Source: a virus
Taxonomy: Duplodnaviria > Caudoviricetes
Length of the DNA stretch: 57,230 nucleotides
Direction: 5' to 3' (one strand)
Virus record (IMG/VR): IMGVR_UViG_3300025327_000033
Location: 1-57,230 of that record
Below are positions 45,381 to 55,096 of this stretch, piece after piece. Within the stretch, counting starts at the first letter, position 1; each line of letters opens with the position of its first letter. The position numbers were made by a program, and so were the translations under genes. The notes under the pieces were generated by a model. It had not been told where the DNA came from. It did no database searches and was given only the letters and a program-made list of their open reading frames with translations.

Positions 45381-45639
45381 CGCCGCCCATCGGTCTCATT
45401 GCCAGCGCCAGGGGATACGCCGTGAACAACATGGGCCGCCCCGGATGGCTGGCGTTGGTGTGCGACGCCATCCGAATCTCGCCGTCGACTCCGCTGCATT
45501 CCCATCCGCAGTGCGCGCACCGTCGTCTGAGGCACTTGGCCGCCAGGGCCCGACCCTGCTCCGTGGGCTCAATGGTCAGGAGCGGCCACAGCGGGTTGTC
45601 CCAATGCCAGTCGGCCTTCGCCGGCCGCGTGTCGTTCAC
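45373..45639 (-). CDS. Zinc-finger small protein
   Basis: CAHCG..H..H. Confidence 0.6.
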   Translation of the reverse strand: MNDTRPAKADWHWDNPLWPLLTIEPTEQGRALAAKCLRRRCAHCGWECSGVDGEIRMASHTNASHPGRPMLFTAYPLALAMRPMGGDA

Positions 45640-45923
45640 TTGGGCTGCACCTCGACAACCGTCACTCCGTACGTCTCCGCAACCCTAAACGTGCGCCCAT
45701 GCTCTTGACGAACAGTCCAGCGCTCCGGGATTCCACCAGGCAACGTCGTCGGCTCTCCCGTTGTGGCGTCCTTCGCGTTCCTGTGCGTTCCCAGCTCGAC
45801 CTCGTCGACCACCGTCGACGCCACAGATCGGAAGGCTGGAGCGAACTGCTCCAGCAGGTGCGCCATGTAACCGTCGAGAGCCGGGGCTCCCAGCCATGGG
45901 GCTTCCCAGCCAGGTGGTCTCAT
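45636..45923 (-). CDS. Hypothetical protein
   Basis: Coupled ORF. Confidence 0.5.
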   Translation of the reverse strand: MRPPGWEAPWLGAPALDGYMAHLLEQFAPAFRSVASTVVDEVELGTHRNAKDATTGEPTTLPGGIPERWTVRQEHGRTFRVAETYGVTVVEVQPK

Positions 45924-46046
45924 GTCACGGGATCCCTCGACGCCGCTCCAGTCGGTGCCCAGGCGATCTCGCATCCGCAGGCCGGGCAGAACGCCCACGG
46001 CCGCAGCAGCGGGCCCCGACAGCGCCCACACGCGCCGTCGGCGTTG

Positions 46047-46442
46047 TCAGCGACGGCCTGCAAGACAGTGATCAGCGCTTGCGATCGCCCGGCCAATCCG
46101 GACGCAGGCCGCCCACGCTCTCGCCGTCCAGCCATCGATCCACTTACCTTCACGTCTGGCCTCCCGGGCCCTGCGGGCCCGCTCATCCGCTTTCGCCTTA
46201 TCCCACCGAGGCTGCAGCCGGCGCTGATATGCCTGCGCTTCGCTCGCTCGCTGGAAGACCCGCCGGCTGGGCCGCCACTCGCGGCTGCCCTCGGCCAGAT
46301 GGATGAGCGCCCTGTATTCCCGGCCCATCGTGGTCTCGATCCGTATCGTCCTTGCAGCGAAGTCCGGTCGCCGCCGCAGGATCCGGGGCACTGCATAGTT
46401 TACTGGCTTTGGCTTTCGCATCGGCTGCCACGTGTCTGTCAC
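46047..46442 (-). CDS. Basic hypothetical protein
   Basis: GTGA-coupled ORF. Confidence 0.55.
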   Translation of the reverse strand: MTDTWQPMRKPKPVNYAVPRILRRRPDFAARTIRIETTMGREYRALIHLAEGSREWRPSRRVFQRASEAQAYQRRLQPRWDKAKADERARRAREARREGKWIDGWTARAWAACVRIGRAIASADHCLAGRR

Positions 46443-46690
46443 TCTATCCTCGTGGGATCCACTTCGAGCGGCGTCATCGAGATGACCTTGCCGCCGACGA
46501 AGTCCGCGCCCGCCCGGGCCAGCACGTCCAGGGCATCCCACTCGCTTAGCAGCCTAGCAGTTGGCCACGTCTGCAAGCCGGCGACGGTCTCGAGTAGCAT
46601 GCGCAGCCTGTCGTTGTCGCTGTGCCAGCCGTCGACGTCGAGCGTTGCCCGCGTCCCGTCCGGTAGTTCGATCGTTGCCTGCCTGGCCAT
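46439..46690 (-). CDS. Small protein, candidate immunity protein for the MuF toxin domain
   Basis: Starts 2 nt after the MuF stop; function inferred from position only. Confidence 0.5.
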   Translation of the reverse strand: MARQATIELPDGTRATLDVDGWHSDNDRLRMLLETVAGLQTWPTARLLSEWDALDVLARAGADFVGGKVISMTPLEVDPTRIE

Positions 46691-46692
46691 GG

Positions 46693-48546
46693 CTACCACC
46701 ATCCCCGGAGGAGCCCGACGATGAATGCGAAGTGGCCGGGATCCCGCTGAGCAAACTCCATCGGGTTGTTGTACAGATTCTCGACGCCCGTGCTGACGAT
46801 CTCCGTCTGACGCATGTTGGTCGGCCCCCACGACGGAGCGTTGTTCGGGTACAGCCTTCCCGTGTATGGCGTATACCACTTGTCTCGGTATCCCGTCTGC
46901 CACGGCGCGCCGCCCACCACGTGCATGTCCTCGCCTGGCATCCGCCTGCTGAGCTCGTACTCGATCGCTCGGGCCTGCAGGTGATGCCCGGTGCCGCCAA
47001 TGTTCTCGAGGTGGTGGCCGAACTCGTGGATGTACGTATCCAGGCCATCGGCGACGAACAGATTGGCTCTGCGAATAGCCGGGTCGTAATTGGCCGTCTC
47101 CAGAGCCTGCTGGTAGCTCGCCCTGATGGGCACAATGGCGTCACCGAAGACGTCCTTGCTCGTGATCGTCCGCAGGAAGTCCTGGGCCTCCCGGGCCCGG
47201 CCGCGTTGGAAAGCAGTCGTCCCCGGATCCCACAGCACTCGCCGCCATCCGGGCCGCTCTGCTGGCGGCAGCCGCAGGGCCCGCTGACCCGCAGACCGCG
47301 CGACGACTTGGGCCTTGATCAACAGCTTCTGTTTGTCTCTGAACGCGACCCTCAGCGCCTCGAGTACGTCCCTCTGATCCAGCCCGAATTCGGCGATGTG
47401 GTCCCGCAGAGTCCGCATTGCGACGTCGGCTTCCGCCTGGGCTGCCCGGACAGCCTTGCCCGCCCGCCTGGTCGCCCTGTCCATGCGGGCGACGACGTCG
47501 TCGATATCACTCTGGTGCTCCGCCATGACATCCGCCAGCAGGCGCTGCTGCGGTGTCAGGGTCACACCCCCCTGCCCACGGCGCATCTTCTCGCCTTCGA
47601 TCGACGCCTCGAGATCCGCCCCCAGCAAGTCCTCGAGCGGGCCCCAGGCCTCTCGGTAGGGCACACTGCGGCATCTGCAGTTGGCTCGCTCGCCGATCGG
47701 CAGCTGCGGATCTCCCGGGTAATCCGCCGGCGGGCCGCCTTCGCCCCCGACGTTGAATGCCTTATCGACCGGGCGCACCTGGCCGTGCGTGGCCAGATGC
47801 GTATCTCGCGTTCGGTCGTCGCCGGTCGCAAGCCAGACCTTCAGCAAGTCGGGGAAGCGCTGTGCGGCCCCCTGAAGGCCAATTTGTGTCGCTGCATTCT
47901 GCGCGGCGATCGTCTCGGTGCGCAGGATGAGTTCGGCCTTGTAGCTCAAGCCCGTCGAGCCCAGCTCTCGGAAGAGCCGCTCATTGCGAATCCCCACGAT
48001 GTGCGTGATCTGCTGCATGACTTCGAACGGCGTGAGCTCGCCGAGGAACCCGACTGCCACCACCTGGGCGATCTGTGCCCGCATCGCCTCCGTGATCGCC
48101 GTGATCCTGTCGAACGTAAATGCCTGGAACGCGTCGTGCGCCCGCAGCATCCGGGCTGCCGTGAAGCCCGGCGTCCCAGCGAAGCCCTCGGGTGCGTACC
48201 ATGCCGCTCCGGCTGGCGTTGTCCCGGCGGGCACGGGCTGACCGAAGCGAATGATGCGCTGGCCAAACGTCTCGCCGCTGACCCAGCTGGCCTCGAAGGC
48301 TTCCATGCCGCCGGCGACGATGTCCTCGGCTGCCCGGCGCACGATGCCGTCCACTTGGGCCCGGATCGCCGCGATGTCACCGCCGCGCCAAAGCTCGGCG
48401 CTCAAGGCAGTGCTGAGTTCGTTGTGGAGCAGGGCCAGTCTGTTGAACGCCGCTTGCACCGCCCGATCGCTCAGGCGGTTGCCGGCCACCAGCGTGTCGT
48501 AGATTGAGCGCCGGAATTCCGGAGTCGCCAGTGTCGCCAGTGCCAC
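46693..48546 (-). CDS. MuF (SPP1 gp7-like) minor head protein with C-terminal zincin metallopeptidase domain
   Basis: ILRTET..KVWLATGDDRTRDTH..ANCRC; C-terminal HEFGH..YTGRLY..TEIVSTGVE. Confidence 0.85.
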   Translation of the reverse strand: MALATLATPEFRRSIYDTLVAGNRLSDRAVQAAFNRLALLHNELSTALSAELWRGGDIAAIRAQVDGIVRRAAEDIVAGGMEAFEASWVSGETFGQRIIRFGQPVPAGTTPAGAAWYAPEGFAGTPGFTAARMLRAHDAFQAFTFDRITAITEAMRAQIAQVVAVGFLGELTPFEVMQQITHIVGIRNERLFRELGSTGLSYKAELILRTETIAAQNAATQIGLQGAAQRFPDLLKVWLATGDDRTRDTHLATHGQVRPVDKAFNVGGEGGPPADYPGDPQLPIGERANCRCRSVPYREAWGPLEDLLGADLEASIEGEKMRRGQGGVTLTPQQRLLADVMAEHQSDIDDVVARMDRATRRAGKAVRAAQAEADVAMRTLRDHIAEFGLDQRDVLEALRVAFRDKQKLLIKAQVVARSAGQRALRLPPAERPGWRRVLWDPGTTAFQRGRAREAQDFLRTITSKDVFGDAIVPIRASYQQALETANYDPAIRRANLFVADGLDTYIHEFGHHLENIGGTGHHLQARAIEYELSRRMPGEDMHVVGGAPWQTGYRDKWYTPYTGRLYPNNAPSWGPTNMRQTEIVSTGVENLYNNPMEFAQRDPGHFAFIVGLLRGWW

Positions 48547-48756
48547 TCAGCCAGGCCCCCAGCCCTCGAGCTCCACGTGCTCGTGCCATCCGCATCCGTC
48601 ATGGGTGCAGACGACACTCGGCGTCACCCGGCCAGCGTGGCCGGCCCCGCACACGACCATCGCCGTGAACCGCCCGGTGTTGCCGATGCGCACCGGCCGC
48701 CAAGTCAGCGGCGTGTCTGGATCCAGCGTCGGGCGCAGAGCCCGCCTGAGTCTCAC
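48547..48756 (-). CDS. Small Cys/His protein (VTPSVVC..CGWH)
   Basis: Paralog of the N-terminal domain of 53561..54136. Confidence 0.65.
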   Translation of the reverse strand: MRLRRALRPTLDPDTPLTWRPVRIGNTGRFTAMVVCGAGHAGRVTPSVVCTHDGCGWHEHVELEGWGPG

Positions 48757-50621
48757 GCCTCTTCCTCTTCGGGCTCCTCGTCTTCCTCGTCTTCCACTGG
48801 CTCCTCGTCGTCTGACTCTGGCTTCGTGCCTGGCGGCTTCCGGCCGTTCCCCCTGCCGGCCAGGGCCGCAGCAAAGTCGGCCCGGGCCTGCTTGTCCGCC
48901 TGCGACTCCTGATCGGCCTCCAGCGCCTTCTCGACGTCGATCTCTACGCCCAAAGTCTTGGCGACTGCCGCCAGAAGCTCAAGCGCAGGCCGCAGCGGCA
49001 GAATTCCCGCCAGGTGCGCCTTGTACACTGCCGAGACAACGTTGTCCAGGGCCGTCGCCGCCGCCGTCACGTCCTTGACCGTCATCTCGGGCAGCGTGAT
49101 GCTGAAGGCCTCCCGGGCGGCTTGCGTGACGGGTTGGCCGTCGACGGTCTGTTGCTCGCCAGCCTCATCGGTCACCGGAACCTCTTGGGGCAGCAGCCCC
49201 AGCGCCACCAGAATATCGATCTGGTACTGGCACATCTGCGTCAGCGCATCCTCGACGAACGCCTGGCGGCGGCGGAGCATCCGATACGTGGGCTCTCCCA
49301 TCTCGGCCGCTGTCGCCCGGTTGGTGTAACCGCCCTCGGCTACCCAGTGCTCTGGCACGCGCATGCCGCCGGCAATGAACACTCGCAACTGGCGCACGAT
49401 CGTCTCGATCTCGGCCGTCCGCAGTGTTGGATTCTTCGCCTCGAGCGTCGTGTTCTCGTTGTGGGCGTACACGCTGTTGGGCGGCGCGTTCTCCAGTTTC
49501 TTGGCCTGGTGTTGCAGGTTGCTCTCAAGCTCGGGGGCCGTCTCGCTCCCGCCCTTGATCTGCAGGTCCCACACGAACTTGCTGAGCATGGCCACGTGCT
49601 CAGCGGCGTCAAAGAATAGCTCGTCATAGCGATCGAGCCAGTCGATCATTGGCAGCAGGTCGGGCCGGCCCCGCGTGCCCGTCGAGACCTTGTTGATCTG
49701 GAACAGGAAGCAATCGCCGGCCAGGGGGACGCCAGCGAGCAGCTCGCCCTTTTCGATGACGGCCGAGCCGCTGGCCTGCTCCCTGAACCGCCATGCCTGG
49801 CCGCTGACCGTCTGGTCGCACCTGCTAACCAGCGAGGCCAGGGCCCGATGATCCGGGCGGCCATTCAGCCGCCCCAGGTTCTCTGTAAGCCTGGCGTAGG
49901 CCTCGTAGTCCCGGCGGCCTCGCATCGGCTTCTGCAGGCCGTCTGACTTGACGAGCGCATAGATCAGTCCTGTGCTCTCGGTGCCTTCCGGCTTGATTTG
50001 CACAGCGAGCACGTGCCGGCGATTGCCCGGCGCTGTGATGACGGCTTCGATTTGCGATGGATCCACTGGGGCCAGGCGCAGCCTGCCGTCGGCCTTGATT
50101 CCCTGGTCGCTGCCATCGCGCACGACGGCCAGCCGGAGCACCTCGCCGAACATGCCCAGCTCCCTGACAAGGGTCTCGGTGCCTTCGCCATCCATGTCGT
50201 TGACCGGATCGAACCAGAAGGCATCGAGCGCCTTTTCCACCTCCGGGTCTTCCACCGCCAGCGTTGCTCCGTCGCCGACGACGTAATCGACGATGATCTC
50301 GGTGAGGGCCTTGGCCAGGGGGTTGGTGTTCCACAGGCGATAGGCTGCCTGGATCGCCCGCTCTTGGCTGATGCTGCTGAGATCCCTAGGGGCCGCCCTC
50401 GTGCTGCGGTAGCCCAGCGCCAGGGGCTGGCCATCTGGCCCTGTGTAGGGCGGCTCGTCGTTCCCGCTGTAGTCCGTTCCCTCTCTGAATCCCGAGAGGT
50501 AACCCCTGCTCGATGCCGCCTTGATCGCATCGGAGATGCGGCGCTCGACGTCGTCCGCTGTCAGACCGCCGATCAGGTGGATCGTCCGCTCTCGCATGCG
50601 CAGTCCGCGTCTATTCGCCAT
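48753..50621 (-). CDS. Portal protein
   Basis: NPLAKAL..DYVVGDG; GEV; RGRPDL; NRATAAEM; lies between TerL and MuF. Confidence 0.88.
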   Translation of the reverse strand: MANRRGLRMRERTIHLIGGLTADDVERRISDAIKAASSRGYLSGFREGTDYSGNDEPPYTGPDGQPLALGYRSTRAAPRDLSSISQERAIQAAYRLWNTNPLAKALTEIIVDYVVGDGATLAVEDPEVEKALDAFWFDPVNDMDGEGTETLVRELGMFGEVLRLAVVRDGSDQGIKADGRLRLAPVDPSQIEAVITAPGNRRHVLAVQIKPEGTESTGLIYALVKSDGLQKPMRGRRDYEAYARLTENLGRLNGRPDHRALASLVSRCDQTVSGQAWRFREQASGSAVIEKGELLAGVPLAGDCFLFQINKVSTGTRGRPDLLPMIDWLDRYDELFFDAAEHVAMLSKFVWDLQIKGGSETAPELESNLQHQAKKLENAPPNSVYAHNENTTLEAKNPTLRTAEIETIVRQLRVFIAGGMRVPEHWVAEGGYTNRATAAEMGEPTYRMLRRRQAFVEDALTQMCQYQIDILVALGLLPQEVPVTDEAGEQQTVDGQPVTQAAREAFSITLPEMTVKDVTAAATALDNVVSAVYKAHLAGILPLRPALELLAAVAKTLGVEIDVEKALEADQESQADKQARADFAAALAGRGNGRKPPGTKPESDDEEPVEDEEDEEPEEEEA

Positions 50622-50922
50622 CGCCCGCGCTCCCTTCCTCACGTGCCGCACCCGTCTGATACTGGTCGAAGTGTCCCGGTGCCTGCGTCACCCGCAAGTC
50701 GGCGAGCACCTGGCCATCGACGTCGATGCCCCAGCCTGCCGCCATTTGCAGAAGCAAACTGACGGGCTTGCCAGCGACCGCGACGATCGTCACGCCCTGG
50801 ACCGCGTGGCCTATATCGATGCCACAGAACTCCACTTTGCCTATGCCCCGGCCGTCAATGTCCAGCCGGAGGTTCGGTCTGCCGTTGCCCTCCGGCCCGG
50901 CCTTGGCGGTATCGTCTGTCAT
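50611..50922 (-). CDS. Hypothetical protein
   Basis: Coupled ORF. Confidence 0.65.
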   Translation of the reverse strand: MTDDTAKAGPEGNGRPNLRLDIDGRGIGKVEFCGIDIGHAVQGVTIVAVAGKPVSLLLQMAAGWGIDVDGQVLADLRVTQAPGHFDQYQTGAAREEGSAGDGE

Positions 50923-51212
50923 AGTGGGTACACCTCTTTCAGGATCCACAGCGCTGCTCGCGCGTGTGGCGGATCTGCGGTCTGGATTGCCCGCAGCAGC
51001 CACCACCCACTGACGCTGGTGCCGCCCGGGAGGTGATTCGTGGGCCGCTCGCCGTGTTTGATGATGCTCGCATGCACTCCCATTGCCCTGGCGAACGTCT
51101 CTTGCCCTTCGTCGAGTCGGCCCCTGGCTGCTCGTAGAGCATTGGCCATTCTCCGCCGGCGTTCGTGCCATTCTCGCACACCTGGGGGATCCGGCACAAG
51201 AGGCCGGGTCAT
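50919..51212 (-). CDS. Degenerate XRE-type HTH protein
   Basis: LRAARGRLDEGQETFARAMGVHASIIKHGE. Confidence 0.55.
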   Translation of the reverse strand: MTRPLVPDPPGVREWHERRRRMANALRAARGRLDEGQETFARAMGVHASIIKHGERPTNHLPGGTSVSGWWLLRAIQTADPPHARAALWILKEVYPL

Positions 51213-53035
51213 TGCCAGGTGCTCTTGCGTGCCCGCCGGCCGCCTGGCTCCACAGGCCCACGCTGCCACGTGGCCCGATCGCTCTGCGCCCCGCGCTTGC
51301 GGGCAGCCTTCACGAGAACCGATGTCTCGCCGGATGCCGGCGGCCCAATGATGTCCAGGGCTGCGTTGGCGTACAGATCCGCGTGAGCGAAGTGGTCGGG
51401 CCCGCTGTCGATCCAGCGTGCCACGGTGTTGCCGCCGGCCGTCTTCTCGATCACCCTGGTCAGCACTCCAAAGTGCCGGATGAAGTCAGGCACTGCGCTC
51501 GCCGTGCTCCCCGGGTTGGTGATCTCGCCGCCCTCATAGGCTGCTCGCAGCTGGTCGAAGTGGCGGGTGCGGTCGAGTTCAATGGCGTACTCCTCGCCCG
51601 CCTTCTCCCGGGTCGGCTCGTCATGCTTGGTGCCCTCCTTGCCGCCCACGTAGAAGGCCACCTTCACCTTGTGCCGCCATCGCTTAGCGAAGTCCAGCGA
51701 TGACTTGGCTTCGGGCAGGGCGTCGATGACCGCCTGGCGCACGCCGTACCGCTGCATCAGGTCGTCCAGGCGATCCCACCCTGTCTCGCCGATCCAGAGC
51801 GCCGGCCGCGTGACCTGGCGGTGCTTGCCGTCTTCGTCCTCGATCTCGACCACCTCCCAGCGCCGGATCACCACATGCAGCACCGCCCCAACATCGATGC
51901 CCATCGCCGTCCGCACGCCGCTCTCGGCCATTCCGTAGTCGCCCATGGACGCCCGCATCACGCTTTCGCTGAAGCCGCCGCCCCTGGGCTGGTAGGGCAG
52001 GCCCAGGTCCTGGTTCCACCACTCCTTGATCTTCGTCTCGTCCAGCGTCTGGCCGGCGCGGATCAGCCCGGCGAGATCTGCGTTCGGGCTCGCCAGCTTG
52101 TTCACGACGTAGCCGTGGATCTCTCGGCCGGGATGCCGAGCCACCCAGGACGTCTTCCCCCGGCGCACGTCCAGCGCCCGGCCGCAACGGTTGCACGCCA
52201 CAACGGGCTGGCTCGTGCCGCGCCGGCGAAACCACTTTAGCGGTCGGCCGGCGTCATCCGTCTCGCTGATCAGGTTGCGAAACGGATCCAGGCTCTGCCA
52301 GCGGCCGCAGCCCCCGCACTTGATCCGCCATTCCCTCTGGTCGCTCTCGGTGATGACGCGATCGATCCCGAAGTCAGGCAGGCTCGGCGTGCTGATGAAG
52401 CGTTGCCACTTCAGGGCCGAGTGTCCCAGCCGCTTTTCGCCCAGCGCCACCGCCCGCTGGTCCATCTCGTCCAGCTCGTCGAAGGTCACGAGGTCGACGG
52501 CCGCCACCTTCAGCTGCGGGGCCCGCCCGTCCTTGCGCACGCTGGCATGGCGCAGATACAGGAACCTGTCGCGGATCCTCTTGAGCGTTAGCCTGTCCGC
52601 CTGCCTGGCTCGGTGATCGCCGGTCTCGACCAGGGGCCTGACGATACCGGCGATGTACGGGCTGGCTTCGATGGCCAGCCCGATCCGGGTGGAACTGAAG
52701 TCCTGGACGTCGCCCGTGCCCGGCAGCAGGTAGAGCGCGTTGGCCCCCCGGGCGTCGCTCGCCCAAAAGGCATCGGTGATCGCCCACTCGCTCATGCCCA
52801 TCTGGCTGGCCTTCCGCACGGCGATCACCTGGTGCTCGTCTTCGTAGAGCCCGCGCAGGTACGGATGGTCCTCGAAGTCGAGTCGGACGTCGGGCCACAG
52901 GAACTCCCTGCGGGTCAGCGCCCAATCGATCCGAGCACCCGGCGACCCGCGGCCCGCAGCCGCTGGCCCGGTGGGTCGCCGCAGGCTGTCGATGATGTCG
53001 GCCGCCAGGACATCGGCGGCTGGGGATGCGTTCAC
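51209..53035 (-). CDS. terL: Terminase large subunit, lambda GpA-like
   Basis: Walker A RKASQMGMSE; Walker B FDELDE; ISTP; CGGC zinc site; GIDVG and DHFAHA nuclease motifs. Confidence 0.92.
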   Translation of the reverse strand: MNASPAADVLAADIIDSLRRPTGPAAAGRGSPGARIDWALTRREFLWPDVRLDFEDHPYLRGLYEDEHQVIAVRKASQMGMSEWAITDAFWASDARGANALYLLPGTGDVQDFSSTRIGLAIEASPYIAGIVRPLVETGDHRARQADRLTLKRIRDRFLYLRHASVRKDGRAPQLKVAAVDLVTFDELDEMDQRAVALGEKRLGHSALKWQRFISTPSLPDFGIDRVITESDQREWRIKCGGCGRWQSLDPFRNLISETDDAGRPLKWFRRRGTSQPVVACNRCGRALDVRRGKTSWVARHPGREIHGYVVNKLASPNADLAGLIRAGQTLDETKIKEWWNQDLGLPYQPRGGGFSESVMRASMGDYGMAESGVRTAMGIDVGAVLHVVIRRWEVVEIEDEDGKHRQVTRPALWIGETGWDRLDDLMQRYGVRQAVIDALPEAKSSLDFAKRWRHKVKVAFYVGGKEGTKHDEPTREKAGEEYAIELDRTRHFDQLRAAYEGGEITNPGSTASAVPDFIRHFGVLTRVIEKTAGGNTVARWIDSGPDHFAHADLYANAALDIIGPPASGETSVLVKAARKRGAQSDRATWQRGPVEPGGRRARKSTWQ

Positions 53036-53271
53036 TGCGTCCGCTCGCCCAGGCCGGCGACGCCGCAGCCGCAGGTCGGGCACGGTCGGAGAATTGCCCG
53101 ATGCGCTTCAACCCATGCGGCGTCGTGCGCCTCGTCGGCGTGTACGTAGCCATTGGGTGTCTTGTGCCCGAAGCCGAAGCAGTTCGGGCAGTTCTCCCAA
53201 TGCCTTATCCGGCAACCGAACTCACATTCTCTGAGGGCCTGGCCACCGAGCCCTGTGCTCCCGGGGCTCAT
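53032..53271 (-). CDS. Cys-rich small protein
   Basis: CPNCFGFG..CPTCG. Confidence 0.6.
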   Translation of the reverse strand: MSPGSTGLGGQALRECEFGCRIRHWENCPNCFGFGHKTPNGYVHADEAHDAAWVEAHRAILRPCPTCGCGVAGLGERTQ

Positions 53272-53564
53272 GGCTGCTGCGCCATCCATCTGTTGAGGCG
53301 ATCGCGGTCGTCGATCAGATCTCCCAGGTCCCGTATCAGGGCGGCCACGGCGTTCGCCTGCGCAGCCCGTACCTCATCGATCGTACTCGGCAGTGGCAGC
53401 GCGTTCAGCATCGCTTGCTTGGTCTCGGGCCCCCTCTGGCCGACAGCACTCGCATAGTCCTTGGCGATCCTGTCCCACTTGCGGATGGCTTCCGCAAGGC
53501 CCTCCCCCGACTTAGCCTTGTCGTAGCGATCCCTGATGGCTGCGAATTCCATTGGCGTTGTCAT
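53268..53564 (-). CDS. Hypothetical protein
   Basis: SD AAGGAG; coupled. Confidence 0.65.
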   Translation of the reverse strand: MTTPMEFAAIRDRYDKAKSGEGLAEAIRKWDRIAKDYASAVGQRGPETKQAMLNALPLPSTIDEVRAAQANAVAALIRDLGDLIDDRDRLNRWMAQQP

Positions 53565-54136
53565 ACGCTTGGCTCCTTCGCCTCTTCCACCTTCGGGCGG
53601 TCGGCCGCCAGGACGCGGTAGCGCCTCGCTGCATCGGCCGGCTCCCTGGCGTACCCGGCGATCTCGTCGACAAGCCGGGCGAGCGCCTCGGGAGGGCCAC
53701 CGACGCCGCGTTGCAAGAGCAGCACGTCCCGGTGGCCGGCAATGTCGGCGATGAAAGCCAGGGCGTCTCGCAGCTCGAGAAAGCCCTTGGCCACGATGTC
53801 GCCCGTGAGCGCCCGGCGCTTGGCGATATCGAGCAGCACGGCGGGCGGTGCTGGGTCGGCTCGACCTCGGTTCGGCCTGGCGCGAGGATCCCAGCCGTCA
53901 AGTAGCAGCCACTCGTGCCATCCGCAGCCGTTCGGGCACAGCAGACTCGGCGTCACTTTGCCGGCATCGTCGATCTGGTGCTGGCTCAGGCTCAGCACGT
54001 GGCCGCTCGGGTCGCACACGAGTGCGGTCTGCCGCCACTGGCCGAATGGTTCGTCTCCAGGCGGCCCGATCCACGCCGGTTTCCATGTGCCCACTGCCAG
54101 AAGGTCGTCGCGTCTTAGCGTCTGCGTCGGTGTCAC
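53561..54136 (-). CDS. Protein with N-terminal Cys/His domain (VTPSLLC..CGWH)
   Basis: Paralog of 48547..48756. Confidence 0.65.
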   Translation of the reverse strand: MTPTQTLRRDDLLAVGTWKPAWIGPPGDEPFGQWRQTALVCDPSGHVLSLSQHQIDDAGKVTPSLLCPNGCGWHEWLLLDGWDPRARPNRGRADPAPPAVLLDIAKRRALTGDIVAKGFLELRDALAFIADIAGHRDVLLLQRGVGGPPEALARLVDEIAGYAREPADAARRYRVLAADRPKVEEAKEPSV

Positions 54137-54372
54137 TCTTGCCTCCGTTCGAGCTTACGCAGCTCCTCGGTCGCCCATTGGCGCTCGTTGATGTGCCCAC
54201 AGGCCGGGCATGCGTGATGCTCCGGCAGCAGCCCGCGCTTGCCGCACCTCCGGCAGTCCCAGCGCTCGCCCGTGCTGGGTAGCACGATCGGCTCGGCCGG
54301 CCCTCGCACATGAAGTTGGCGATCCACCAGCCCGCGGTTGGCTGGCAAGCTGTTCGATCCAAGGTTCTTCAT
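54133..54372 (-). CDS. Zinc-ribbon small protein
   Basis: WDCRRCG..CPACG. Confidence 0.6.
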   Translation of the reverse strand: MKNLGSNSLPANRGLVDRQLHVRGPAEPIVLPSTGERWDCRRCGKRGLLPEHHACPACGHINERQWATEELRKLERRQE

Positions 54373-54893
54373 TGCCCTGCCTTTGGCGCGGGCTCTGGCT
54401 GGATCCCGAGCGTCGCCCGCGCCGGCCCCTGGGTATCGATGGTGTACGCCACCACCGCCACTGCCTGGACTCCGCTGCCGATCCTGCGCATGGCGCTGAT
54501 GAGTAGTCTTGCCTCGTTTCCTGGATCCGTCTCGTGCCTGCCGCTGGGCAGCGCTTTTCGTACTCCTCGGCCGGCCGTGACCAGAAGGCCCCACCGGCTC
54601 CCGGCGTTCACGAGCGCCACCTCGGCCTGCGCCGCCAGCATCGTGGGCACCAAGTAGAACCTGGTCGTTCCCAAGCCTGGCCAGCCACCCCTGCGCCGGC
54701 TGGGCTTGTGGCCATCGGCCCGGAAGTCCGCCCATGTCCGCTTGCACTCGACCACGATGCTTTGGGCTCCGCTCCGCCATCCGATAGCGTCCGGGGTCTC
54801 GCCGACGGCGCTCGTCATCTCGGTGATGACCACGCAGCAACGCTGACTGCGTAGCCAGCGCCTGGCGATCGCCACCAACTCGGCATGTGTCAA
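54369..54893 (-). CDS. PD-(D/E)XK nuclease-like protein (MmcB-like)
   Basis: ETPDAIGW..VVECKRTWADFRAD..K..RFYLVP..WGLL. Confidence 0.75.
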   Translation of the reverse strand: MTHAELVAIARRWLRSQRCCVVITEMTSAVGETPDAIGWRSGAQSIVVECKRTWADFRADGHKPSRRRGGWPGLGTTRFYLVPTMLAAQAEVALVNAGSRWGLLVTAGRGVRKALPSGRHETDPGNEARLLISAMRRIGSGVQAVAVVAYTIDTQGPARATLGIQPEPAPKAGQ

Positions 54894-55096
54894 CTCCGCG
54901 CCCGTCCTACCCATCGCCACTCCTTCACCGGCCGCTCTGTCTTGTCGCTGGGGTCGAGCACGACAGTCTCGATCCGCTTGCCCACGACGTCGAGCACGAG
55001 ATAGCGCCTGCCGGTGCGGAACAACAGCACGTCCCCGACTTCGGGCGGCTCGCCCCAGGCCAGCCGGAGCGTCACCGGCTCGCCCGGGCGCTTCAT
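54890..55096 (-). CDS. Small hypothetical protein
   Basis: PEVGDVLL..GRRYLV; coupled. Confidence 0.6.
   Translation of the reverse strand: MKRPGEPVTLRLAWGEPPEVGDVLLFRTGRRYLVLDVVGKRIETVVLDPSDKTERPVKEWRWVGRARS

Noticed and set aside
46561-48507. Long + strand ORFs (this one, 33430..34683, 32039..33517, 36620..37993, 3477..4691)
   Set aside because: Antisense shadows of real minus-strand genes in high-GC DNA, with no recognisable motifs
50919-51212. XRE-like ORF as the immunity repressor
   Set aside because: Embedded in the packaging operon, degenerate HTH, no peptidase domain, far from the divergent promoters
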